Program-made: the position numbers and the translations under genes
Source: Saprospiraceae bacterium
Lineage (GTDB): Bacteria > Bacteroidota > Bacteroidia > Chitinophagales > Saprospiraceae
Length of the DNA: 64,000 nucleotides
Direction: 5' to 3'
NCBI GenBank assembly: GCA_041392785.1
Contig: JAWKLK010000010.1
Span: 141,741 to 205,740, forward strand
Shown here: piece by piece, positions 10,201 through 16,691 of the stretch
Position numbering within the stretch: position 1 is the first letter of the stretch
Layout of the letters: every line of letters starts with the position of its first letter
The notes under the pieces: model-generated
What the model was told of the DNA's origin: nothing
The model's database searches: none
Seen by the model: the letters and a program-made list of their open reading frames with translations, nothing else

Positions 10201-12567
10201 ACCTTCCCATTCGTGGTGACTTTCCCACAAGATGGTCAAACGACACCATGGGATAAATGTGGATTCAGCTCAGATGACTTAAACGATCAAAACAATTCCT
10301 TGATCAAGAGACCAGTGGTAAATAACGGACCATGTGATATCATCATGGAGAATGTAGAAATCGACACATTCTTAAATGAGAATGGTGCATGTAAGAAATG
10401 GAGAGTAACGTATAATTACTTGAACTGGTGTACACAAGAGACAAGTGGACCATGGGTACACTACTATACATTCAAAGATGTAGAGGCACCAATCTTAACA
10501 TGTAACAACCAGATGTTTGCAGCTAATCCATTGGCAGCGAATCCGGATGGTGCATGTTATGCAAGCGTAGTATTGGAAGCATCAGCGACAGATACGTTGA
10601 TCTGTGCAGAGGAGAGCTGGATCAAATGGCAAGTATTTGCAGATCTATGGGCAAATGGCACAGTAGACAGATTAGGATCAAGCTTCATCAACAAAGCGTA
10701 CAATGGCATCTGGGTATACATCCCAAGAATACTAAACGGATCAGTAAACCCAGCATGGACAACCATGCAGAATTTACATCCAAACTTAGTATTGGCAGAT
10801 GATTTGTATGTGACGTATGTGAAGCCGACAGCAGCAAGTGGTGGCAAAGCGACATTACCAGCCTTCAACTTATTGGCAGAGAATATCAACCACAAAGTAC
10901 TTTGGAAAGTGACAGATGGTTGTGGCAACGTAGATCAGTGTGAGAGTACAGTGATGTCAGTAGACAAAAAAGCACCAACACCATACTGCGTAAGCGTACA
11001 CACAGCAATAATGCAAACCAATCCTAAGATGGTAGAATTGTGGGCAGTAGACTTCAATAAAGGTTCATTTGACAACTGTACACCACAGTCAAAATTGTAC
11101 TACACATTTGAAGGCACACATCCAGTATTGAGCAGATTGAATCAAGAGCATTACTTCAAAGGCTTAGGACAAAATGCAACAGTAAATGAGTACAACCAAG
11201 GTAAAGCATACAGATGGTTACCAGCATCAAGAAGTGCAGGATACGTATGGTTGACAGCAGGCACACATGCAGTAAATGTAAGTGTATGGGATGAGGCATG
11301 GAATACAGACTTCTGTACTGTAAACCTACAGGTTAATGATACAGCAAATACATCAAATATTGCTGGTAGAGTTATAAGTATGATGCAAGTTCCAATGAAA
11401 GATGCTGAAATATCAATTTTGTCTAACACTGGTACTGCTCAAAAAGCATTAACGGTTGAAGATGGATCTTTCCAAATTTCAGCATCAAATGGCGGCAACT
11501 ATGAAATAACGTCCCATAAGAATGTGGACTTTATGGATGGTGTGTCAACATTTGACTTAGTTTTGATACAAAGACATATACTAAACATAGAGACATTAAA
11601 TGATGCCTATAAAATGATTGCAGCTGATGCTGATAATAATGGGACAGTGTCTGTGAATGATTTATCTGAGATCAGAAAATTAATTTTGGGTATTCATACT
11701 CAGTACCCAAATAATGAAAGCTGGAGATTTGTTAAAACAGGTCAGTCGATGGATCCTGAGCATCCATTCCCATATATTGAAAATATTGTTGTTCAAAACC
11801 TAAATGCAAACATATCAAATGTAGACTTTATAGGTGTTAAAATTGGCGATGTAAATGGTAATGCCAAAGTGAATGATTTTGGAGAAACAATTGAAACTAG
11901 AACATCCAAAGCTGTTAACTTTGTTGTCGTGGAGATGATGATACATGAAGGCGAGACAGTAAGAATACCAGTAACAGCGAGCAACTACAATGAGATCTTC
12001 GGATACCAATTCACAATGGGTATGAGAGGAGCAGAATTTGTAGATGTAGAATCAGGAGCATTGTCAATGAGTGCATCAAATGTAGGAGTATTCGCAGATA
12101 AATTGACAATGAGTTATGCAAGCCAAGAAGCAGCAACAGTAGCAGAAGGAGAAGTATTGTTCACATTGGTATTGAAATCCAAAGGAGCAAGCAGCCTAAG
12201 TGAAGTGTTGAGTCTAGGTTCAGAAATAACACCTGCAGAATCGTACATAGGAAAAGATATGGAAGTAGGAAAAGTAAGTTTGGAAGTAAGAGGCGCAAAT
12301 GCAGAAGGCTTTGCAGTATACCAAAACGAACCGAACCCATTCAGAACAGAGACAGTGATCAGATACAACATGCCAGAAGCAGCAGCAGCCACTATTACAG
12401 TGTATGATGTAGCTGGAAAAGTAGTAGCATTGAGAAATGTGAATGCAGTGAAAGGTATGAATGCTGAGAAATTTACAAGAGCTGACATCAGCGCAAGCGG
12501 AGTACTTATGTACAAAGTAGAAAGCGGTGACAACGTAGCTAGTAAGAAAATGATCATCATCGAGTAA
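4039..12567 (+). CDS. Giant T9SS-secreted adhesin-like protein (2842-aa ORF, probably the C-terminal body of the 13-12567 gene)
   Basis: No signal peptide; continues the repeat-encoded module. Two ~170-aa paralogous unknown domains (4978-5487, 6031-6530). Ig-like modules ending G.Y.VTVT..NGC. HYR-like module (about 7470-7705). C-type lectin domain (about 8050-8475; EPN 8344-8352, WND 8413-8421). Cys-paired modules each led by D-K-x-A-P (about 8470-11000). CarboxypepD_reg-like, dockerin-like (11527-11695) and cohesin-like (11911-12245) segments. YQNEPNPF... T9SS tail. Confidence 0.85.
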   Translation: MTTAPGTCTFPTQPTITIVDNVCPSTDGTISGSGCGAFTTLEWATNATGPWNTTAPTYTTTAITVFARCIDNNTGCVSNNTSSTTSPVSCSPFTFTITDPCSCNNDATVAGDDGTFNEVITVTGPSGFNLTATCIGCTPSSITFTEGPVGTYTSITFTHVDNVGYNANIFADGSNIGSIGNKCAYPDVAIENIGPFTDCTGQPDVELMAIITGDDGTGNYAWSGTGVTANNFNPSGLSSGVVVISLDYTGVNNGNISPDGGITPAYPGCIQPDTIQVIVTEAVAPPIIDNIEVCDGANTTISVTSAAPVLTSNTFNWDFEGSISGLGISQNSMNVASDAPTQSTGSGLTNVGFQGAGSGCSGAITSSGYDVANVSLADAVTDDEYFEFCAGTPLAGVSFVDVTAMEWSHRISGTGPINWALVASNDLITPLLTGTIVGTSCVTAGGAFAIPSTSNCFRIYYWGATGGSGTLRIDNMVITANYNVPSGTYNFYLTNPDLDPSAIPESTGVSYDPGTTAATSPQTVWVTCVDLANGCESSADAVVITVNANPTLNISQPEPVCSPNTIDVLSVDLGEDPVGGNATYYSSMSDAESAMNAITSGLDAVSTTSTIFVRYELDNGCFTIDQINVVINSNPPPPAVPSTITVCTGGSTLITINTNPVTVTTTWDFESGITGDGVSSNLVIAGNGNVQTAGSGLTSVSAQAAGSGCTAAITSTGYDITNTSLADAVADDEYFEFCIGSSMAGFMFNGVTGIDWNHRISGTGPIQWALVASTSPNTALLSGTITGSSCSAAGGAITLNTETCYRVYYWGATNTAGTLRIDNFVISAQYQNLAVYNWYNDNPDTNPVAIPIATGNSYDPMTTSANSPQTIWVNCDNGCISPSSQIVINAGVTPSVNPVANQQLCNGFPTTAIAFNGTPTGVEFNWTNDNTSIGLAANGTGNIASFTAVNTTTINQVATITVTPSYTSGGVTCEGTPVMFTITVYPTPMPVISYTDDSGLVNNDGIICQDATVTLTATGGGSYLWSNGAITSSISTSTAGTYSVTVTNNGCVGTTSGVVIVNPLPTPSISVSEMSGTVVNDGTIYTGSSATLTATGGGTYLWSTGATTPSISVTPSETTTYTVTVTNANGCSTTSSTTITVVDPPCLLVCSGDQSITLTNGACEYQLPNLVTGAGLCNLFTITQVSGPEPGDILPRGSYVITYELVSNLGELIDECTFTVTVSANPVVINSLTCNGHINISSDENCEVTLHPSIFLSGSSYSCYADYQVNIWPFNSEANAINNVDQNSGISLPTGSHTYEIVGPSGNRCWGTLSIEDKIAPTVECNCSGPAPDVSAFREIGKFGNKKYYLSNSTYTWQQAYAHSQAVGGEMLCITSAAENAFIVNTWTLPGFTAQRTWLGATDNEAYGGTEANNTNNGWVWVSGEPFVYTNWASGEPNGLANEDYVEMFGNAGTQPGKWNDNTNTFGPLRYIMEVEDCSFKCYDLSIVQGETVEMLYGLSQNKAVLTTPPTATDGCGEVTATFEDSVQGEHCGDKELLRSWTFTDSYGNKSYCTQTFTFGAITVNDLTPPQYLVELSCGVNTDPANIAALKDVDSRPQPSSSTNIGAYYDDWAQTPTVTELHEGYAHGYFTYQQIGYDGNYHAQKVDPNICEIFTTYTDTNYPACGAGCGGNMKVVREWRILDWCSQDVFGYLQVIKAVDDKAPTFAVKDATVSVDPWGCVATYRVDNPWELQDNCAKPEELTWTLEVPAGVSLSGVQGSYVLTGLTKGTHTITYIATDCCGNVGTAEATITVIDASAPVAVAKQYIVMSLTGSGTAADGAAKLYGHQLDNGSYDHCTDVAFEVRRVDGGSCGNVGVNNHNNNSTFNGNNFASEVPGAVWFHPMDSKYTNADGNFDTDGGEFVKFCCDDIPEGEEYGLHDVELRVWDDGNMNGVYGDNLIIDGMKDNYNTTWVTVRVENKLAPVLVCPADVTVTCDMELNLSVGKDTKVTDVDLTMTGYPSAYDLCKGLDITYRDAWIGTYDEICKSGTIRRTFKATKGSVSVTCVQYITVTTVTFPFVVTFPQDGQTTPWDKCGFSSDDLNDQNNSLIKRPVVNNGPCDIIMENVEIDTFLNENGACKKWRVTYNYLNWCTQETSGPWVHYYTFKDVEAPILTCNNQMFAANPLAANPDGACYASVVLEASATDTLICAEESWIKWQVFADLWANGTVDRLGSSFINKAYNGIWVYIPRILNGSVNPAWTTMQNLHPNLVLADDLYVTYVKPTAASGGKATLPAFNLLAENINHKVLWKVTDGCGNVDQCESTVMSVDKKAPTPYCVSVHTAIMQTNPKMVELWAVDFNKGSFDNCTPQSKLYYTFEGTHPVLSRLNQEHYFKGLGQNATVNEYNQGKAYRWLPASRSAGYVWLTAGTHAVNVSVWDEAWNTDFCTVNLQVNDTANTSNIAGRVISMMQVPMKDAEISILSNTGTAQKALTVEDGSFQISASNGGNYEITSHKNVDFMDGVSTFDLVLIQRHILNIETLNDAYKMIAADADNNGTVSVNDLSEIRKLILGIHTQYPNNESWRFVKTGQSMDPEHPFPYIENIVVQNLNANISNVDFIGVKIGDVNGNAKVNDFGETIETRTSKAVNFVVVEMMIHEGETVRIPVTASNYNEIFGYQFTMGMRGAEFVDVESGALSMSASNVGVFADKLTMSYASQEAATVAEGEVLFTLVLKSKGASSLSEVLSLGSEITPAESYIGKDMEVGKVSLEVRGANAEGFAVYQNEPNPFRTETVIRYNMPEAAAATITVYDVAGKVVALRNVNAVKGMNAEKFTRADISASGVLMYKVESGDNVASKKMIIIE
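12307..12564 (+). other. T9SS type A C-terminal sorting domain (Por secretion tail, TIGR04183-like)
   Basis: Last 86 aa: GFAVYQNEPNPFRTETVIRYNMPEAAAATITVYDVAGKVV...MYKVESGDNVASKKMIIIE. Shows the characteristic QN.PNPF start and alternating beta-strand pattern. Confidence 0.8.
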
Positions 12568-12600
12568 TCGGTGTGTGAATAAGTAGATTGAGTAATTAAG

Positions 12601-12634
12601 AAGAGCTCGGATTTAGTCCGAGCTCTTTTTGTTT
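12601..12634 (+). terminator. Rho-independent terminator after the giant gene
   Basis: Perfect 11-bp stem aagagctcgga / tccgagctctt (12601-12611, 12617-12627), 5-nt loop, then a T-run. Confidence 0.8.
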
Positions 12635-12889
12635 AAAGTAAAATGTTCTAACATATCAATTTCATATTTCATGAAACCAAACATGGGCTTGTATGAAACG
12701 GACGCAATTGGATTTTGCTGAACTGAGACTTCACTTTTTTAATATGTTAAATATTAAAACCAATATTACCTAACTTTTTCATGAAACATTATTAATTTTT
12801 AAAAAAGAATAACTGAATACACAACATTATAACTATATTTTCGTTATATTGATTAATGATTCGTTTTTGATAATATATATTAGAATATC

Positions 12890-13246
12890 ATGACTTTAAA
12901 TAATTTAGAAGAAGAGATAATGCAAATTTTTTGGAAGTTGGGTAAAGCGTTTCCTAAAGAAATTATAGCGTATTTACACGAACCCCAGCCGCCTTATAAT
13001 ACAGTTTTGTCGACTATTAGAAAACTTGAAAAAGAAGGGTGGCTATCATATAGAGTCTTTGGAAAATCGCATCAATACTACCCTATTATTGAACAAAAAC
13101 AGTTTAATAAATCCGTTTTTTCAAAATTTTTTCAAAAGTTATTGAATGGTGACCGTTCCAAACTGCTTTCATATTTTATGGAAGAAGAGGATATTGATAT
13201 TAAAGAATTAGAAAGTTTAGTGAAGTCTCTAAAAAATAAACCATGA
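12890..13246 (+). CDS. BlaI/MecI/CopY-family winged-helix transcriptional repressor
   Basis: 118 aa. N-terminal EEEIMQIFWKLGKAFPKEIIAYL...YNTVLSTIRKLEKEGWLSY matches the penicillinase-repressor fold pattern. The stop overlaps the start of the downstream BlaR1-like gene (ATGA at 13243-13246). Confidence 0.8.
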   Translation: MTLNNLEEEIMQIFWKLGKAFPKEIIAYLHEPQPPYNTVLSTIRKLEKEGWLSYRVFGKSHQYYPIIEQKQFNKSVFSKFFQKLLNGDRSKLLSYFMEEEDIDIKELESLVKSLKNKP

Positions 13247-13578
13247 CAAAGCTACTTGATTTGATTGAAGGGATGCCACAATTACCATACTTCGCTAAAG
13301 CATCCTTCATACTATTCATCCTTTATGGTATTTATTTGATGTTCTTTTCAAAAGGAACGCACTTTTTTGCAAATAGGGTATTTTTAATTGGCACCATAGT
13401 CATGACATTGGTTTTACCTCTTATCTCGATCAAAGCATATCCTATTGTGGTAAAAATGGTTGCCATACCTAATAATGTTGCGACCGTTTTCCAAGGAACT
13501 AAAAATGAGATCGACCTATTTTGGATATTGACCACTATATATTTGTTCGGAATATCGTGGATGTTTTATCGTTTTTAA
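13243..13578 (+). CDS. BlaR1/MecR1-like M56 peptidase, N-terminal membrane fragment (frame break at T-run 13572-13576)
   Basis: Hydrophobic TM segments. The ending ...ISWMFYRF-stop continues as LRQLLQIY... in the next ORF if the T5 run is read as T6. Confidence 0.7.
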   Translation: MTKLLDLIEGMPQLPYFAKASFILFILYGIYLMFFSKGTHFFANRVFLIGTIVMTLVLPLISIKAYPIVVKMVAIPNNVATVFQGTKNEIDLFWILTTIYLFGISWMFYRF

Positions 13579-14534
13579 GACAGTTATTACAAATATATCT
13601 ATGTATTCAAACTTCTGTAAAATCAAAAAAGGATTATGTGTATTTTGTTGAAGATTCTAACTACCCAATCTCAAGTTTTTTAAACTATATCTTCCTTCCA
13701 AATACAGAAATAAACCCAATAATGGTGGAACATGAACGCATACATATAGATAAGCAACATACCTGTGATGTATTGCTGGCATCATTTTTTAGATGTGTGT
13801 TTTGGTTTCATCCATTTTCTCATGCAATGATACGGAGTATAAAATTAAATCATGAATATGAATGCGATGCGCTTATGGTAAAGCGATTCACCGTCGAGCA
13901 ATACGCCCAAGTTCTACTCTCACAAGCACAGTCAGTTAGGCCTAACTCTGTAATAAATCAATTTTATTCATTTACAAAAAAAAGAATTATTATGTTGTCA
14001 CACCTTCAATCCAACCGAAAACCAAATCGAAATTTTATATGGATGTTTCCCACTTTTATTATGGTTTTTGCGATGTTTAGTTTTAAAAAATACTATGTAT
14101 CCATAGACAATCAAAATGCCCTTGTATCGGCGACTGATTCTATTCCAAAGGGCCAACAATATGTGGATACGATTATAGGAATGGATCCCGTTACTTTTAA
14201 GGAAACTATTACCTTGATTCCAAAAACATACAAGATTACCGATACGGTTGAATATTTAACCACAGTAGATGGTACGCCTTGCACTTCCCAACTTATCGCC
14301 TCTCACGAATTTCCCGTAGAATATTATCTCCGTAATATTGACAATATGGTAGATGCCAAGGATACGATTATTGTATTAGACCCCGAGACCATGCAAGAAA
14401 CTATCAAAATATCTGAATACAAAATCTCCAAGCTTTATAAGGATATGATAGATAGTGAGCTTGAAAAATCAGAGCCCAATTTCAAACTTATTGAAAAATG
14501 GACCAATGAAGGTAAAAGAAATGCAGGGCGATGA
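13521..14534 (+). CDS. BlaR1/MecR1-like M56 peptidase, main fragment with HExxH site and a non-PBP C-terminal domain
   Basis: MVEHERIHIDKQH (HExxH) followed by WFHPF... and NHEYECDA, typical of Peptidase_M56. The C-terminal ~140 aa has no SxxK penicillin-binding motif. Confidence 0.75.
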   Translation: MDIDHYIFVRNIVDVLSFLRQLLQIYLCIQTSVKSKKDYVYFVEDSNYPISSFLNYIFLPNTEINPIMVEHERIHIDKQHTCDVLLASFFRCVFWFHPFSHAMIRSIKLNHEYECDALMVKRFTVEQYAQVLLSQAQSVRPNSVINQFYSFTKKRIIMLSHLQSNRKPNRNFIWMFPTFIMVFAMFSFKKYYVSIDNQNALVSATDSIPKGQQYVDTIIGMDPVTFKETITLIPKTYKITDTVEYLTTVDGTPCTSQLIASHEFPVEYYLRNIDNMVDAKDTIIVLDPETMQETIKISEYKISKLYKDMIDSELEKSEPNFKLIEKWTNEGKRNAGR

Positions 14535-15090
14535 AATATCTAGCATATTTAGTTGGTAGTTTTTCTTCAGAATAAATTATCATGCAAGTATTTGAAGATT
14601 GATTATTTATTGATTTTTAGTCACCGAGAATTAATACATTCGAAGTAACTAAAAATCAATGAATAACATCTTTTCCGATGTGTTTTGAACTAAAATGATC
14701 TTAAAACGTTTCAAAGTGAATAGAAAATATGGCAAATTTATTTAATTTGCAGTTTTAGTCGTTTTGATATTTTGGAGTTTTACTGTCTGAAAAAATCACC
14801 TATTCGGCTATTCGACATCTATTCTTGACAAATAATGGACACATTAAACCCGAATTATACATAACAAATCATTTATAATTCTGGATAAAATTGCATCAAA
14901 AGGCAGTACTAGTGTGGTCTAATAGGCAGGCTTTCTTTAGGAAGGATCACAAATTGGTTGTAGCTTAATCTACTTGATCTTCCAAAGCCAAATAATATAT
15001 TAATTATAATGTCTATATGTAAAAACATTAATATGTTTATTATTCACATTAATGATTAATCTAATATTAAATAAGTAAACGAGATATTAT

Positions 15091-15534
15091 ATGATAAGTA
15101 CAAAAGTATATGATGAAAATAACAAACCATCATCTTCTGTCAAAAACGATATTGTAAATTTTCTAGCCATGCATTTAGAAAAATATGGCGACCCTAAATA
15201 TCAGATTCACAAGGCATTAGACTACTCAGTAAAAGACCATGCATCTTTTGGAGGTTTTACTTTGACAATGGTACAAGATGATGCCATTGTAGGTTCAGCA
15301 GTCATTAACAAAACTGGCATGGGAGGTTATATTCCTGAAAATATTTTGTTTTATATTGCGACACATGTAGATCACCGTGGCAAAGGAATAGGCAAACAAC
15401 TTATGCAACAAGTCATTAAAAACTGTGATGGTGACATAGCGAGTCACGTTGAAAAAAACAATCCTGCTATACATCTTTATGAAAGGTTAGGATTTACCAA
15501 CCCCTATTTAGAAATGAGATTAAAAAGACAATAA
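15091..15534 (+). CDS. GNAT-family N-acetyltransferase
   Basis: 147 aa. Acetyl-CoA binding pattern VDHRGKGIGKQLMQQV and C-terminal IHLYERLGF. Confidence 0.8.
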   Translation: MISTKVYDENNKPSSSVKNDIVNFLAMHLEKYGDPKYQIHKALDYSVKDHASFGGFTLTMVQDDAIVGSAVINKTGMGGYIPENILFYIATHVDHRGKGIGKQLMQQVIKNCDGDIASHVEKNNPAIHLYERLGFTNPYLEMRLKRQ

Positions 15535-15536
15535 GT

Positions 15537-16637
15537 ATGGCTGAGTTAGTAATAAAAACAAAAAAAATTCAAGAGAATATTAAGTTTTTAAGCTCCTATT
15601 TTAAATCTCATGATATCCAATGGAGCTTGATAACAAAAGTATTTTCTGGGGATAAAGAATTTATCAAGAAGATTCTCACAGATGATGTAATTGAGCACAT
15701 AGATTCTATTGGGGATTCTCGATTGACCAGTTTAAAAAATTTGAAGGAAGTCAATCCAAACATGCATACAATTTATATAAAACCTCCGGCCAAAATGTAT
15801 GTGGATGAGGTAGTGAAATATGCAGACATCTCTTTAAATAGCTCCCTAACCACCATCAAAGCACTCAATGAAGCTTCAAAAAAGTTAAATAAAATTCATC
15901 AAATCATCATAATGATTGAGCTAGGAGAACTTAGAGAAGGCATTTTGCGAACAGAAGTTCTCCGATTTTATGAAAGTGTATTTAAACTCTCGCATATAGA
16001 AGTAGTAGGTATTGGGTCCAACTTAGGATGCATGTATGGCGTGGCTCCAAGCTATGACAAGCTAATCCAATTATCATTATATAAAGAACTCATTTCTGCA
16101 AAATTTAATAGGGATCTCAAGTACGTTTCGGGTGGGACTTCAATCACCCTACCACTGATAGAAAGTAAAATGATCCCAAAAGGAATAAACCACTTTCGCG
16201 TTGGAGAGGCAGCTTTTTTTGGAATAAGTCCATTGGATAAAAAGCAATTTAAAAGCATGTTCACCGATGCGTTTGAATTCCGAGCTAATATCATCGAAAT
16301 TAAAGAAAAGAAAGTTGTACCTGAGGGTGTACTTAGCGAAGGAAATATAGGCCACATTGCAGAATATAACGACGACGACATCAGTAAAACTTCTATTAAA
16401 GCTATCCTTGATTTCGGATTATTGGATGTAGAGAAAGACGATATCACTTCCGATGGTAATCATTTGAAATTTGTCGGTATGACATCAGATATGCTTGTAG
16501 TAGACATAGGAACAAACACTACAGCTGGTGGTCAAAAAAAATATAGTGTAGGTGATGTGATCAGTTTTAAACCAAATTACATGGCTATCGCAAGATTATT
16601 AAATTCAAAATTCATTACCCGTAAATTCGAAGACTAA
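15537..16637 (+). CDS. PLP-dependent amino-acid racemase family protein (alanine/ornithine racemase-like, YhfX-like)
   Basis: 366 aa. N-terminal TIM-barrel-like pattern with a candidate PLP lysine in SLITKVFSG, GELREG and GIGSNLGC segments. Starts 2 nt after the GNAT stop. Confidence 0.6.
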   Translation: MAELVIKTKKIQENIKFLSSYFKSHDIQWSLITKVFSGDKEFIKKILTDDVIEHIDSIGDSRLTSLKNLKEVNPNMHTIYIKPPAKMYVDEVVKYADISLNSSLTTIKALNEASKKLNKIHQIIIMIELGELREGILRTEVLRFYESVFKLSHIEVVGIGSNLGCMYGVAPSYDKLIQLSLYKELISAKFNRDLKYVSGGTSITLPLIESKMIPKGINHFRVGEAAFFGISPLDKKQFKSMFTDAFEFRANIIEIKEKKVVPEGVLSEGNIGHIAEYNDDDISKTSIKAILDFGLLDVEKDDITSDGNHLKFVGMTSDMLVVDIGTNTTAGGQKKYSVGDVISFKPNYMAIARLLNSKFITRKFED

Positions 16638-16664
16638 AGATGTTATTAATTTAATGTAAGTGAT

Positions 16665-16672
16665 TACTTTTG
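16665..16672 (+). promoter_or_regulatory. Bacteroidota -7 promoter element (TAnnTTTG): TACTTTTG
   Basis: Exact match to the TAnnTTTG consensus, ending 19 nt upstream of ATG 16692. Confidence 0.45.
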
Positions 16673-16691
16673 CACAAACTTTAATCGACGT

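Noticed and set aside
1162-12560. Numerous antisense or alternative-frame ORFs inside the first giant gene (for example 1600-2040, 9318-9878, 10554-10802, 10557-10928, 12114-12560)
   Set aside because: They lie entirely within a long ORF that has clear domain content. Their peptides are low-complexity and have no recognisable motifs. The longest ones are explained by the T-poor sense-strand composition, which removes stop codons from the antisense frames.
795-13576. Programmed ribosomal frameshifting at the T-runs (795-799, 13572-13576)
   Set aside because: There is no slippery heptamer plus downstream structure of the known types. The same kind of 1-nt run-length change also occurs at two other unrelated sites. 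Sequencing error or simple mutation is the more economical explanation.
14825-14861. TTGACA hexamer as a sigma-70 -35 box in the 556-nt gap
   Set aside because: There is no TATAAT-like hexamer at 16-18 nt spacing; the nearest tataca is ~25 nt away. Bacteroidota housekeeping promoters use TTG/TAnnTTTG instead. It is kept only as part of the description of the gap.
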